DNA of 64,000 nt from Octopus vulgaris (GCA_951406725.2 OX597838.1:26288001-26352000), one strand, 5' to 3'. Numbered from the stretch's first letter, positions 1 through 13,580 are shown. Notes: generated from the sequence alone by a model not told the origin. Numbers and translations are program-made.

Positions 1-208
1 AATGCTAGGGGGACAAGCACAGACACACACACACTCATATATATATACGACGGGTTTCTTTCAGTTTCCGTCTACCAAATCCACTCACAGGGCTTTGGTC
101 GGCCCGAGGCTATAGTAGAAGACATTTGCCCAAGGTGCCACACAGTGGGACTGAACCCGGAACCATGTGGCTGGTAAACAAGCTACTTACCACACAGCCA
201 CTCCTGCG
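1..208 (-). mobile_element. tRNA-derived SINE family 1 (CORE-like, octopus OR-type), cut by window start
   Basis: Reverse complement of head GGAGTGGCTGTGTGGTAAG..GGGTTCAGTCCC (A/B-box-like) plus CORE-like GGCACCTTGGGCAA, and internal (TA)n(TG)n. Confidence 0.9.
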
Positions 209-228
209 TGGACTTATATATATATATA

Positions 229-447
229 TAAGGGGGTGCCGAAGAGTTCCTGGCTTTGGGTAAAAAAAACACAGGAGGATCAGTTAATTATGATTTTATT
301 CAACATATTCCCCTCTCAGATTCACTAACTTATAGCAGCGGTCCTTCAGTTTTTCTAAACCCAAATAAAAGAACTCGGAAAGTTGGGCCTTCAACAAGGC
401 CTTTCGTAATACCCTTAAGGCCAATAACTTTTCAGTAATCCCTCGTA
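229..447 (+). mobile_element. Mariner-derived MITE, about 220 bp
   Basis: Imperfect TIRs GGGGGTGCCGAAGAGTTCCTGGC / GGCCAATAACTTTTCAGTAATCCCTCG with flanking TA. Internal TTATTCAACATATTCCCCTCTCAGATT is the reverse of a mariner C-terminus (NLRGEYVE*). Three more copies occur in the window. Confidence 0.8.
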
Positions 448-1739
448 TCTGTGTACCAAATTTTACTAATAGGTCTTATCCCAACCGACAATACACTACG
501 GTAACACTGCCAGACCAAAGATTTCTGGGAATTATCCATGCGTCATGTAGCGCTGAGGTTTAAGACAGACACTTGAGCCAAGATGCCTCGCCGTCGGATC
601 GAACTCGAAAGCACGTAGTAGCAACACGGCCCTCTTAACCACTCAGCCATCCACACCTGCACCCTTAAACTAAAGAACAAAAAAAAGAAGGGCTGATTTA
701 TAAAGTGAGAACGTGTCAAAAGACTTAATGAAATGAAACAAGGCGTTTTGTTCAACATGCCACCCGCTTCTGCCAATCATACATACACACACGCGCGCGC
801 TCGTGCGCATACACACACACACATACACACATTCACGTGTGTACCCTCGCACACACACACACACACAACATGAAAATAGCTTGTTGATAAATTGGATCTG
901 AAAAAATGTTGTAACGAGGTTAATATTGCAGAATAATTATCGTTATAAATCTGACATCACATTTCCAAAGTTACACCCGCCTCCGCTTTTGTTTATTTCT
1001 GTGGTTTTTGGTAAGTTTCTGTGAGGGGCGGGGAGCGGGGGAGGGGCTGGGGGCTGGAGGTAAAGCAGTTGGGAAGTGTGGATTGAAAAGAAGGCTGCAT
1101 TTTTGTTTCAAGTTTTTATTTTTTTTTCAGTTTAATGATGAGAAAAGGTTTACAAAGATCTTGATGAAAAAGAGAAGAAAAATAGAACGAAGAAGCAAGA
1201 CAAGATATATTGCATCAGCATATTAAAAAGCATGTTTGAGGTAATGGCGGGCAGTGGTGGTGATGGTGAGGGCTAAAGTGGTTGTGAGAGTTAAGGTGGT
1301 GGTGGCGGTGAGGGCTAAGGTGGTGGTGGTGGTGCTGGTGCTGAGGATTAAGGTGGTGATGAGTGCTAAGGTGGTGGTGGTGGTGAGGGCTAAGGTGGTT
1401 GTGGGGGCCAAGATAGTGTTGGTAGTGGTAGTGGAGATGGTGGTGGTGATTGTGGAGATTGTGGTGGTAGTAGTGGTGGTGGAGGTATGAGTGTGGGAGA
1501 GTTTCATCTCTTTGAATCATTACAGCATCATAGCGTTTCTAATTTTCATCTCCCCGTCTCCTCTCTCTCTCTCTCTTCCCCCTCTCTCTCTCTCTCTTCC
1601 CCCTCTCTCCTCTCTGTTTAGAGAGGATATTTGTGTGGATATGTACGTGAGTGTGAATATGTATATGTGTATGCGGAAGGGTACGTCACAGGCTGGAACA
1701 CATACTTACACATATATTTATTAGGAATCAGATGACATT

Positions 1740-2228
1740 TCACTCTGTTTAATAATCAGAGTTTCACGCATGGGCGATCCTTTATGACAGAACACATGAA
1801 TTGACAGAGCACCAGTGACTTTCATTCGTGAAAGTTATTTAAGTGATTGAATGTGTAACAGAGCATGACTGGTAACAATATTGCTAACTGGATTACTGTA
1901 GTGTAAGGGAAAGTACTCGGGTTAGAGGTGCAATCGTCCTGCGGCTATTATTTGGCGCATTTGCCGCACCAGATAAATGTGGGTTTTCATACGTAGGGTG
2001 TCTGTTTCAGAGAAATTGTCTTCAATGGTGATAATTAGATAGGATTTCTGTTCGCTGGTTGAGTGATATCGTTAATCATTTTAATATCTGGAACTTTTCA
2101 GTTAAAAGTAGTCGACACTTTCGAGCTCCGTTGAAATACAGAATGGCTTTATTGATGATATTCCATGCTATTGGGGTATCTTACGATTCATGGTCCTTCC
2201 ATTATCAGATTAATTAAAAGTTCTTTCT

Positions 2229-2273
<45 letters not shown>

Positions 2274-2275
2274 CA

Positions 2276-2318
<43 letters not shown>

Positions 2319-2915
2319 GCCATCCATCTATCTGTTTATCTATCTATCTCATACACTCTCTCTCAATCTGAGTAAATGTAGATATTGATAATGTCGATTT
2401 AAAAAAATTTTTTTAGCCGTAAGTCTGTATGATTTCATTTAATATTGCTCGAGCTTGAGAGAAGCTAGATTTTATAAGATACATGTTTTCGGTTCTTGTG
2501 TAAGGTATAAAAAGGAACGTTATCTAGACAGAAATAGCTGATCTTTACGTTATTGATACTAAAATGTTTGCAGTATTTTTGTGCAGGTGGGAAATGTTGT
2601 CTTACTAGAGACAGAATGGCCTAGCTATAGTAGTGGCTACATTTATACTGAACAGTGGATTAAACCATATAACCTTCCTCTCCTTGGTCTGGCTATAGTA
2701 TGAAGGTGGAGTATTCCTTGCATGCTAGCTTTTCTCTAAAAACTCTTTTTGCTAGTACTTCGCCCTATCGAAGATGTTTCTGTCTGTGAATAGCTCAGAG
2801 ATTCTGCTAATTATTACGGGTACAAGAGTTCTAATTAAGGCTACGGGTGATTTGGAATGATCGTGTATGTATATAGTTTCTTTGTCTTGCTTTCCGTAGA
2901 GTGGTGTTTGCTGCT
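1740..2915 (-). mobile_element. Decayed Penelope-like retroelement (RT C-terminus, linker, GIY-YIG endonuclease C-terminus, 3' pseudo-LTR)
   Basis: Minus-strand translation across frameshifts gives PLYGKQDKETIYIHDHSKSPVALIRTL..ISRISELFTDRNIFDRAK (2752-2910), RKVIWFNPLFSINVATTIARPF / LSLVRQHFPPAQKYCKHFSINNVKISYFCLDNV (2520-2680) and IAWNIINKAILYFNGARKCRLLLTEK..LNQRTEILSNYHH (2020-2175). These match the PLE motifs YRKP..YIH..SNHP, IIWFNPPYS.NV.TNIG..FL.L...HFP, VKISYSC and CxLCL.EK..LN.RSE. A degenerate hammerhead follows at 1753-1790. Confidence 0.85.
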
Positions 2916-3117
2916 TAAAAATAAATGCTGGTGTCGATTTATTCGACAAACTCTACAAGGTGGTGCTCCAGCACAGCTGTAGGCCAATGACTGACACGAA
3001 TAAGAGAATAGAAAGTAGAAAATGTAATCAAATGAGCATAGAGAGAGCAGGAACGTCTCATCAGTTTAAGCGTCTCAAAAATTGTAATTTTGGGAATTCA
3101 TTTCGCACATATATCAT

Positions 3118-3530
3118 TCTTTTGCCTGTTTCAGTCATTTGACTGCGGCCATGCTGGAGCACCACGTTAAAGGGTTTTAGTCGAAGAAATCGACTGACTC
3201 CATGACTTACTCTTTGTAAGCCTAGTACTTATATCGGTCTCTTTTGTCCTAACTGCTAAGTTGCTTGGAGATAAACACACCAGCATCGGTTGTCAAGCAA
3301 TGGAGGGGGGCAAATACAGACACCAAGACACACACACACAGATATATATGTATGCATGTATGTATAGAACAGGCTTCTCTCTGTTTCCGTCAAGCAAATC
3401 CACTCACGAGGCTTTGGTCGGCCCGAGGCTATAGTAGAAGGCACTTGCCCAAGGTGGCACGCAGTAGGACTGCACCTGGAGCCATGTGGTTGGAAAACAA
3501 GCTTCTTACCGCACAGCCACTCTTGTGCGT
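3118..3530 (-). mobile_element. SINE family 1, near full length
   Basis: Tail TTTCAGTCATTTGACTGCGGCCATGCTGGAGCACC through to head CAGCCACTC. Confidence 0.9.
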
Positions 3531-3562
3531 GTCAAATTTTAATAAATAAAAACACCCATTGT

Positions 3563-3712
3563 AGAAGCATGTGGATCGGTGGTTCGGATTTCGGACTCTT
3601 GATTGTAAGATTGTGGTTTCGAATCCTGGACCGAGTGATACGTTGTGTCCTTGAGCAAAACACTTCATTTCACATCGTTCTGGTCCACCCAGCTGGTAAA
3701 CATTAGTAATAT
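3563..3712 (+). mobile_element. tRNA-derived SINE family 3, 5' part
   Basis: B box GTTTCGAATCC followed by GTGTCCTTGAGCAAAACACTT and CACCCAGCTG; homologous to 21100-21240 on the minus strand. Confidence 0.7.
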
Positions 3713-4028
3713 GGTGAAGTCACTCCTGGCCTGGGAAGCTGGTGATCGATGATGGACCTACCAACAAAACAAACAGGCGGGAACTTCTGGACTGAAGGGC
3801 CATGGGCCTAACCTGGTGTTGGGTATTACCTTTTGATACCATCCATTCTACCTTCTTCAACGTCTTGCTTCTGTTTACCAAATGATCGCCATTATCCTCC
3901 TCATCATCATCAACACACCATTTTCAATCATCTTCATCTTCAAGTCTTTCAACTTCATCTTCAAGTACATCATCATCATCATCATCATCATTATCATCAT
4001 CATCATAATCATCATCATCATCATCATT

Positions 4029-4060
<32 letters not shown>

Positions 4061-4831
4061 TGTATTCTATTTCTTCTTGAGCTCCATCATTAGCACTATC
4101 ATCATCGTCATCATCATCATCGTCGTCATCATCATCATCATCGTCATCATCATCATCATCATCGTCATTATTTTGTTTTTATTCTTTTATATTACTTTTG
4201 CATTTTTTTAGTAAGATTATTCATTTTTTTTTCTTTTTGCATTCATTCTTCTACGCCAACACATTACCACCACCACCACCACCACCACCACTATAAAAAG
4301 GTCAGTTTAAACAGCAGTGGAGAAATACATCACCAAAGCTCAAAGAATGTGGTTATTGATTACAGACAGGTGTTTCTGATGGTGATGGTGGTGGTGGTGG
4401 GGTGATTGTGATGGTGGTTATGGTGGTGATGATGATTGTGATGATGATGGTGGTGGTGGTGGTGGTGGTGGTGGTGGTGGTGGTACGGAACAGTGAAAAT
4501 ATGCAAGATTTCTCTAAAGTTCAACACACTACAACTACTTCGCCGTTGTTGTTTCTACAAATTCCAGCGAGGGTGTTTGGTTTCTTTGTTAAAAACCAGC
4601 TCCTTTCATTCTAAGAAAGAAAAGAAGAATAACATATATGATTGCCCTTATTCATTTATTTATTTATTCATATTTTTCTTCTAACAAGGATAATAACGAC
4701 GGAGTGTCTAAAACTCGATGCAGAACAAAAATCTCCAGCGGCGTCATTCGAAAATCATTAGGCTTTTCGGCTTTCTCGGTGGTGTTTATATCTTTGTGTG
4801 TGTGTAAGTATATACACCTATATATAATGTG

Positions 4832-4926
<95 letters not shown>

Positions 4927-4933
4927 ATACGTG

Positions 4934-5017
4934 GTTGCGCAATGGCCCAGTGGTTAGGGCAGCGTACTCGCGGTCATAGGATCGCGATTTCGAATCCCAG
5001 ACCGGACGTTGTGAGTG
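4934..5017 (+). mobile_element. tRNA(Arg-like) SINE family 4 head
   Basis: TGGCCCAGTGGTTAG..CTCGCGGTC..TTCGAATCCC; homologous to 57185-57258 on the minus strand. Confidence 0.7.
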
Positions 5018-5194
5018 TAGTACCATCTTGGGCGGGGCTTCTCTAATGAGTGTCTTTTGTTAGTGTTCATAATTTTGTGCGGGTTTTCATAGGGATTTGT
5101 GGGTGGAAATGGGCTGGTTTTTGGCGCATTAGAAAACGAGGGAATAGTTCTATCCTCATGGCTGAAGGTCAAAATTCTCAAACACAACCACCAC

Positions 5195-5400
5195 TCTTGG
5201 CTGTATTAAGGTCTTGTTCTGCAGCCGAACATTCCGTCAGATCCTCCTTTATCCAGTTCTTAATGTCGTCAGCTTATTTTTGCCTATGTCGCTCACAAAC
5301 CTGTTTTCCGTCTACTCATCCTTCCAGGATCCGAATACAAGTCTTTTATGCTCTGATAGCGTGGCTAAAATATTACAGTACTTCACTGTCTGGCCACTGC
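5195..5400 (-). mobile_element. RTE-clade LINE 3' fragment
   Basis: Minus translation YFSHAIRA*..RILEG*VDGK..RHRQK*ADDIKNWIKEDLTEC matches the RTE C-terminus YFGH..R..ILEG.V.GKR.RGR..W.DDIK.W. Confidence 0.7.
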
Positions 5401-5571
5401 ATCTCATTTTGTGAGTAGAAATAGATATGAAGATGAATAAATTTACCTTGGTCAGTCAGGCCGCGGTGAAGGTTCGGATGTATGTAAAGATCCAGGTGGT
5501 TCTCAGAACCGTCTTAAGTGGGCAATTTTCCAGGGGTGTCTCACATACACACACGCACACGAACACACACA

Positions 5572-5667
<96 letters not shown>

Positions 5668-5758
5668 TTTATATATATATATATATATTGTTATATTTCG
5701 GAATGGTCATATTGCCAGTTTAGCCAATAAAAAATCTTGCACAACAAATATTTAAACG

Positions 5759-5804
<46 letters not shown>

Positions 5805-5852
5805 TACATATATATATACATATATATATAAAACATATATAGAGACATATAT

Positions 5853-5921
<69 letters not shown>

Positions 5922-6119
5922 CATCAATACATGCATGCATACATACACACATACACAACTAATCATACATACGTACATGGCTAAGCATATGTATATATGC
6001 ACAGCTAGTCGTGATGTGTGACATCATGTATATACAAGATAAAACTCCACATGAAACACATTTAATATGTCTGACAACATTTATATCATTCTACGCCATT
6101 GTTGTTCAACCCTTCTCCA

Positions 6120-7570
6120 TTTCCTCTTCTTTTTCCCTTCATCTCCATATGTTTCTTGCCAAGTCTTTTCTCCTTTTTTTCCTTCTTCTTCTTCTTCTTC
6201 TTCTTCTTCTTCTTCTTCTTCTTCTTCTTCTTCTTCTTCTTCTTCTTCTTCTTCTTCTTCTTCCTACCTTCTTTTTTCCTTCTCTTTTAATTTCGTCTTT
6301 CCCTCCCTTTATCTCCATATGGTACTTCGTTATGTAAACCTTTTTCTCTTCTTCACCTTCTTCCTCGTCCTTTTCCTTTTTCTGTTTGTCTTCTCTTCTC
6401 AATTTTCTTATTTTCCTTCATTTCTATACGTTTCTTCTTTTTCTCTCTTTTATCTTCTTCTTCTTCTCCTTCTTCTTCTTCTTCTTCTTCTTCTTCTCCT
6501 TCTTCTTCTTCTTCTTCTTCTTCTTCTCTTTCTTCTTCTTCTTCTTCTTTTCCTTCTCCTTCTTCTTCTTTTTCTCCTCCTCCTCATCATCATCCTTCTT
6601 CTTCTCCTTCTTTTCCTTCTCCTCCTCCTCCTCCTTCTTCTCCTCCTTCTTCTTCTTCTTCTTCTTCTTCCTCTTTTTCTTCTTCTTCTTCTTCTTCTTC
6701 TTCTTCTTCTTCTTCTTCTTCTTCTTCTTCTTCTTCTTTCATCTTCATTTTCTTGTTCCTCTTCTCTTTATCTCTTTTCTGTCTTGTCTTTTTTGTTTTT
6801 TCATATATTCTTCTTTTTTTCCCCTCCTTTTCTTCTTATTCGTCTTTCTTGTTTTTCCTCTTCTTTCTTGTTGCTCCCTTTTTTTTTTCTTGTTCTTCTT
6901 CTCCTTCTTCTCTGCCTTCCTTGTCGTCTGTTTCGTTTTATTGCTGTTGTTGCTGTCAAAGTTCTGTCTCTCATCAACAGAAGCCAGAAAAAACATAAGT
7001 GGAACAAGCATATTTACCATTTTCTCGGTTCCATCTTTTATGGGTTCCATCTCCCTTGTAGTATCTGGAGGGGGGAAGAGGAGTAGGAGAAGGAGGGAGG
7101 AGGAGAGAAAGAATGAGGAGTAGGAGGGGAAAGAGGAGGAAAAGGAGGAAAGAGAATTAAGGAATGGAAAGACGGGGAAGGAGGAAGAGGAGGAACGAAA
7201 TGGAAAGGGGAGGAACGAGGAGGAAAAGAAGGAAGAGGAGGAAGGAAGTGAAAAAAGGAGGAGGAATGTGTAGAAAAGAGGAGGAATGAGGGGAAAGAGG
7301 AGGAAAAGGAGGAAAGAGAATTATGGAATGGAAAGGCGGGGAGGGAGGAAGAGGAAAAGAAGGAAGTGAAAAAAGGAGGAAGGTGTAGAAAAGAGGAAGA
7401 AGACGGAAGAATGAGGGGAAGGAGGAGGAAAAGAAGGAAGATGGGGAAGGAAGTAGTAAAAAGAAGAAGGAAGGTGTAGAAAAGAGGAGGAATGAGGGGA
7501 AGGAGGAGGAAAAAGAGGAGAGGGATAAGGAAGAGGAAGGAGAAGAAAGAGGAGGAAGGAAGAAAGAGGT
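6120..7570. repeat. Pyrimidine (CTT/CCT)n tract followed by purine (GGA/GAA)n tract
   Basis: Low-complexity TTC runs at 6120-6910 and GA-rich runs at 7070-7570. Confidence 0.9.
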
Positions 7571-7844
7571 GGATTTTTTTCTTGTATTCATTTTCGTTCG
7601 TTTTTTTTATATTCTTTAATCTCTTTTCTCCTTTTACACTTTAACCCTCGTTTTTATTCTGAATGCATGCATGCTTAGGACTGTGTGTGAGTGTGAGTGC
7701 ACGTGTGTATACGTGCGTGCATGTGTATGTGCGTTTGCGTGTCTATATGCGTGTGGGTGCGTGTGTATGTAACCCTAACCCTAACGCCAACCTTGACTCT
7801 AAGTATAGAGGTCCCATGCGTCCATCTTGCCTTCCCACAATTCC

Positions 7845-8075
7845 TGAGAGGGTCGTGTCGTGGGGGTAGAGTCCTCAGGCACTTTCCCCCCACCCCCATA
7901 AGGTCCTAATCAGAAGCAACCGTCATTACACTTTCCAGATGGATTCTCAAGCATGACTAACTGAGATTATTGGATGTTATCCAACCATCACGTTCTTGAT
8001 CCACTCCGAGGTCCCCCACCAGTTGGCTCAACTTGAAGAATCCATCTTGGAATTCTTTCCTGCGACATCCTAGTG
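7845..8075 (-). mobile_element. RTE (Expander/Rex3-like) LINE 3' fragment
   Basis: Minus translation TRMSQERIPRWILQVEPTGGGPRSGSRT*WLDNI ... ESVMTVASD ... CLRTLPPRHDP. Confidence 0.75.
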
Positions 8076-8082
8076 CTAATAA

Positions 8083-8232
8083 CATGTGGTAAGAAGCTTG
8101 CTTCTCAACCACATGGTTCCAGGTTCAGTCCTACAGCGTGGCACTTTGAGGCAAGTGTCTTCTGCTGTAGCTTCGGACCAACCAAAGCGTCTTGAGTGGA
8201 TCTGGTTGACGGAAGCTGAAAGACGCCCTGTC

Positions 8233-8294
<62 letters not shown>

Positions 8295-8955
8295 ATGTAT
8301 ATATTTATGTGTGTGTCTTTGTGTCTGTGTTTGTCCCCCAGCACACCCCACCCCACCCACCATCGCTTGACAACCGATGTTGATATGTTTACGTCCCCGT
8401 AACTTAGCAGTTCGGCAAAAAGAGAACGATAGAATAAGTTCTAGGCTTACAAGGAATAAGTCCTGGGGCGATTTCTTCGACTAAAAAGTCATAGCAAGAG
8501 CCGGCGTGGGTGTGAGGTTAAGAAGCTCACTACGCACCCACGTAGTTTCGTGTTCAATTCCACTCCGATGCACCTTGGGCAAGTGTCTTCTATCGAGTCC
8601 CAGGCCGACCAATGTCTTGAGAGTGAATTTGGTAGACGGAAACTGCGTAAAATTCCGTTGTGCGCGCGCGCGCGGACATGTGCGTGCGTGCCTATGTGTG
8701 TATATGGGTGCGTGTGTGCGTGCGGGCATGTGTGAGTGTGTCTTTATGTCTGTATTTGTTCTCCCCCGACGCATTCCGCTTGACAACCGCTGTTAGTTTG
8801 TTTACGTCCCTGTAACTTACGGTTCGGCAAAGAGACCGATCGAACAGGTAACCAAATTTAAAAGGGGAAAAAAGTGCTGGAGTCGATTTGTAGAAACAAT
8901 AATCTTAAGGGCGGTGCCCCAGCGTGGCCGCAATCTCATGACTGAAACAAATAAA
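8083..8955 (+). mobile_element. Two tandem SINE family 1 copies (about 8083-8483 and 8500-8955)
   Basis: Both carry the head, CORE-like segment, internal microsatellite and GCTTGACAACCG..GGTTCGGCAAA body. Confidence 0.85.
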
Positions 8956-9697
8956 ATAATTAAAAATATAGCAATAATATAACCATTAAAATAAATAATA
9001 CCTCCTGACTGCTCACCATAGTTGCGTGATCATTTTTTTTATTCACTATGTCTTAACTACGTAGCACTCGGCAGCACTATAAATAAATAATATTTAGAAT
9101 TTTGCCCACAGAAAATAAGTACTACCAAAGAAACGAATAAAAGAACGAAATTTTCATTGAAATTCCGTTGGTAATAAAAGAATTATTAAATTAGAAACAG
9201 CCTACACTGTCTGTGCTCGTCTCAACATTGTTGCGTGTCTTTTCTCGACTCTTGGTTAAATGGAATATATTAAAGCATATATGGCTCAATGCAAAGGCTA
9301 TTACAATACGTAAATATCCTGTTTCCACAAACATGTTTTGTGTATATTTTATCTTTATTTTATTACCATTTATAATAGATTTCAAGTTAAGTTAAATGTG
9401 TTTTCCACCATTATTCGTGGCTTGTATACGCAAGGAAAAAAGTACGTTGTATGTGCGACTGTTTAGTGTTTGTCGGCATGTTTGCGTTGCTATGTATATG
9501 CATGTTGAAATGCATGAAAGCGTGCGTGTGTGCGTGCGTGCGTGTGCGTGTGTGTGTGTGTGTTTGAACTTTGTATTTGTATGTGTGTATTTAAATTTCA
9601 TTGTGGACCGCCACTCAAATGAATCTGGCTAGATAAATTCCTCTATTTTACATAATATCGAGGTCTCATTCATTCTTTTGTTGTCATATTATTATTA

Positions 9698-9749
<52 letters not shown>

Positions 9750-9750
<1 letters not shown>

Positions 9751-9893
9751 ACTATTGCAGCGTTGAAGGTGTTTATAAGCCATTTTCAAAACACGCAAAA
9801 ACCGTTAGATTCACTTCAACATTTCATTTTAATTGGCGTCAAAATATTTTTGTCGCTTTGAAACCGCGACCTGTTCACTGACAAAATTCCGTG
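9750..9893 (-). mobile_element. Dispersed repeat (putative PLE pseudo-LTR, family D) with hammerhead-like motif
   Basis: Homologous to 43322-43518 and 30688-30918; minus strand reads TTTGTCA GTGAACA G GTCGC..GCGAC AAAAATATTTTGAC; adjoins (TA)n. Confidence 0.7.
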
Positions 9894-11911
9894 AGATGCA
9901 GCACAGAATTTAAGTAATTTATTTCACGGAAAACCGTATTTTACCGATGCCTTGCATATTATTCCCTAAACGTTCTGGCACATTCGAACGCAAGCATTCT
10001 AATTGCTGTTGTGCTCGCCACCGGAGAAGAGTTTCTTCTTTACAATGAATATGTGTTGATAGCACGTTCGATGCATTAGTACAAGGGATTCTAGGACACC
10101 GGTGTTTCGACATGCCGTGTGTCGTCAGTGAGAAGCACCCCCGGACCGATGAGTCTAACATGAGTCGATGATCCTGCTTAGAATTTCAGCAAACAAACTG
10201 TTCGCTGCTCTGCGTTGATATTTAGTGACAATAAATCGGCACATACACGCGGAACATCATCATCACCATCACCATCACCAACATCATCATCATCGTCGTT
10301 GTCGCTGTCGTCATCATCATCGTCGTCATTATCATCATCATCATTATCATCATCATCATTCCCATCATCATATCATCGTCGCCGTCGTTGTCGTCATCAT
10401 CATCATCTTCTTCATCATCATTATCATCATCATCATCATCATCATCATCATCTGATGCAGTGTGTTTATGACGATAATTTCCGAGGCGTTGTTTGCTTTC
10501 TCTCTTTTGGGGTGGGTGTGTGGGTGGAGGGACGGAAAGTAACAACAACAACAACAACAACCACAACATGAAACAGCAAAAAGCAATAATAACAACAACA
10601 AAGATACGATAACACGAGAAACAGCGAGCAACATCATCATCATCATACACATGATCCTCATCTTCGTCGTCGCCGTCATCGTCAGCAACCTTAACAACAA
10701 AAATAACAACAACAACAATAACAACAACAATATCAACAACAATCTCACCAACTACAATAACAACAACAGCTGCAGAAGCTGAAACAAAACCAATAAAAAC
10801 AAGGAACAGCAGGTAAAACAACAACAACAACAACAACAGAAAGGCTAAGTGCAACGTCGGGTACAACGACCACCACATTAAACGCATAAACAAACAACGT
10901 TTTAAAGAATTTTTCCGTTTCTCTCCAAGACTATAATATTCCAATCTAACTTTTATTTCCGTCTTATTTTCCAGGATTGCTATTTTCTGGTCTGGCAGGT
11001 ATTTAGGAATGTCTTTCTTTCTTTCTTTCTTTCTTTGTCTTTCTCTTTCCTTTACCTTTGTCTTTCTCTTTCCTTCTTTTTTCTTTCTTTCTTTCTTTCC
11101 TTCCTTCTTTCTTTCATTTTTCATTGTTTTTCTCTTTCCTTCTTTTCTTTCATTCTTTCTTTCATTCTTTCATTCCTTTGTCGTTCTCTTTCCTTCTTTT
11201 TCCTTTTCTTTCTTTCCTTCTTTCTTTCTTTCCTTATTTCTTTCTGTTCTGGCTTTCTCTCCGTCTTACAACCTTCTCTCTCTGGCTCTTTCTTTCCCTC
11301 AGCCTCTCTCTCTCTCTCTTTCTTTCTTTCTCTCCCTCCTTCCCTCCCCACTTCCGCTTTCCTTCTCTCTCTTTCGCTCTCTCTCCTACATTTCTCTCCT
11401 TTTCTCCTTCTCCCCCTTCTCTCTCTCTTTCCTTTCATCCCTCCTCCCTCCCTTTCGCTTTCCTTCTCTCTCTTTCTCTTTCCCTCTATTTTTCTCTCCT
11501 TTTCTCCTCCCCCGCTCTCTCTCTCTCTCTCTTTCTCTCTCTATCTCCCTCTCTCTCTCTCTCTCTCTTTCTCTCTCTATCTCCCTCTCCCTCTCTTTCT
11601 CTCTCTATCTCCCTCCCCCTCTCTCTCTCTCTTTCTCTCTCTATCTCCCTCTCCCCCCCTCTCTCTCTCTCCCCCTTATAGTTTATGCATTTCTATAGAA
11701 AGCTAATATCTCTGGCAATGACATCAACAACATTAAGAAGAAAAACAATACCTTTGAAAATAAAAAAACATCAACATATACAACACACAACAACAACAAC
11801 ATCAACACCAGCAAAAGTGCACCGTCTCTAAGAAGACCAACAATATTCACGATGCTATCTTCAATGACTACTGGCGATAACGAGACCAACAACAACATAA
11901 ACATCGACAGC

Positions 11912-12460
11912 AGACGTGGCTGTGTGGTAAGGAGTCTGCTTCGCAACCACATCATTCCGGGTTCAGTCCCACTGCATGGTACCATGGACGAGTGTCTTCT
12001 ACAATAGCCCTGGGCCAACCAAAGCCTTATGAGTGAGTTTGGAAGACAGAACCTGGAAGAAACCCAAGAAGCTTGCTTCCAGACCACATGGTTTCGGGTT
12101 CAGTCCCACTGCGTGGCACCTTGGGCAAGTGTCTTCCACTATAGCCTTGGGTCGACCAAAGCCTTGTGAGTGGATTTGGTAGTCGGAAACTGAAAGAAGC
12201 CCATTATGTATATGATTATATATATATATGTGTGTGTGTGTATGTATACATGTGTGTGTTAGTGTCTGTGTTTGTCCCCCCCGCCGCCATCGCTTGACAA
12301 CCGATGGTAGTGTGTGTATGCCCTCGTGACTTAACAGTTCGGCAAAAGAGACCGATAGAATAAGTACTAGGCTTACAAAGAATAAGTCCTGGGTCAATTT
12401 CTTCGACTAAAACCCTTTAATGCGGTGCTCCAGCATGGACGCAATCAAATGACTGAAACG
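11912..12460 (+). mobile_element. SINE family 1: partial 5' copy followed by near-full copy
   Basis: Head at 11912 repeated from about 12068; tail GGTGCTCCAGCATGG..AAATGACTGAAAC. Confidence 0.85.
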
Positions 12461-12622
12461 TGTATTGGAAAATGTAGTCTTCGTTCATCGTTTCTGAATG
12501 AAAGCCAGGACTGTCCTGGCTGGAGTGCCTTTGATTCTAGGTCTGCTTAATCAGAGTTGATTGACGTGGTGGTGGTGGTGGTGGTGGTGGGAAACGATGG
12601 TACTAATATTACTAACTACGCT

Positions 12623-12838
12623 AAGGCGACGAGCTGACAGAATTGTTAGCACATCGGACAAGACATTTAGCAGTATTTCATCTGTCTTCATGTTCTGAGT
12701 TCAAATTCCGCCGAAGCCGACTTTGCCTTTCATCCTGTCGGGATCGATAAAATAAGTTGGAGTTGAATACTGGGGTCGATGTAATCGACTTAGACCCTCC
12801 CCAAAATTACTGGCCTTGTGCTAAAATTTGAAACCAAT
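12623..12838 (+). mobile_element. tRNA-derived SINE family 2 (Meta-domain-like central box)
   Basis: GAGCTGACAGAATTG (A box), GAGTTCAAATTC (B box), GCCTTTCATCCTGTCGGGATCGATAAAATAAG. Other copies at about 12900-13100(-), 30290-30480(-), 34180-34320, 40330-40550, 54000-54210(-), 56744-56965 and 63745-63950. Confidence 0.8.
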
Positions 12839-13580
12839 ATTATTCACTACACTATTACTACCACCACTACTGATTCTAGTATGACAATGATTTCTTACAT
12901 AAACACAAGGCCTGAAATTTGGGGATTAAGGAACACACATTTATATCTGACCCAATGTATTTGACGTATATTGTATGTTATGGATGCTCAGGAGAATGAA
13001 AGGCCAGGTTGATCTCGGCGGGATTTGAACTCAGAACGTAAAGGATTGTAGTTAATTGCAGCGAAATATCTTATCTGACGCTCTAACAATTCTGTCAATT
13101 AGAATTTAAGGAATTTCACGAATCTTCAGGTAGGTTGTGCTTTTTGCTTTAGCAACCCAATAATGGGGCTTAACTAGGAGTGGGAGCGATCGTGTTGGGT
13201 GGGGTGGGGGCTGCGACGTTTTCATCGAGATGTGACGTATTTTGGGGGTCTCCTGTATAAGATTGGGAGCGCGTGGACCCTGGTGCGGGTCGGTGGCGGA
13301 AAAAATCAAGGGCTGCTCTAAGCGGCAACCACTCTAGCTACGTCACTGCAAGTCTATAACAACTTCAGCAACGTCAACAACAATAACAACAACAGCAGTT
13401 GGCACAATTGCGTCAGTGATAACAGCTGTATCAACAACAATTGTAATAACAGCATCGAATGCATAAACAGTAAATGTAGCAGCAGTTGCAGCAAAAATAA
13501 TTGGAACAACATCAATAACAACAACAGCAGCAACAGCAACAAGAAGGAGGAAAACAAAGAAATTACCAACAATCATGTGA

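Noticed and set aside
1215-1520. Thr/His/Val-rich ORFs
   Set aside because: Translations of a (GGT)n-derived minisatellite open in several frames on both strands
6067-7123. 339-aa and 245-aa ORFs
   Set aside because: Poly-Leu/Phe/Ser from (CTT)n; no domain
7770-7803. Telomeric (CCCTAA)n
   Set aside because: Only about 2.5 units, then degenerate
10222-11706. Long ORFs of 200-300 aa
   Set aside because: (CAT)n, (AAC)n and CT-rich low-complexity artefacts
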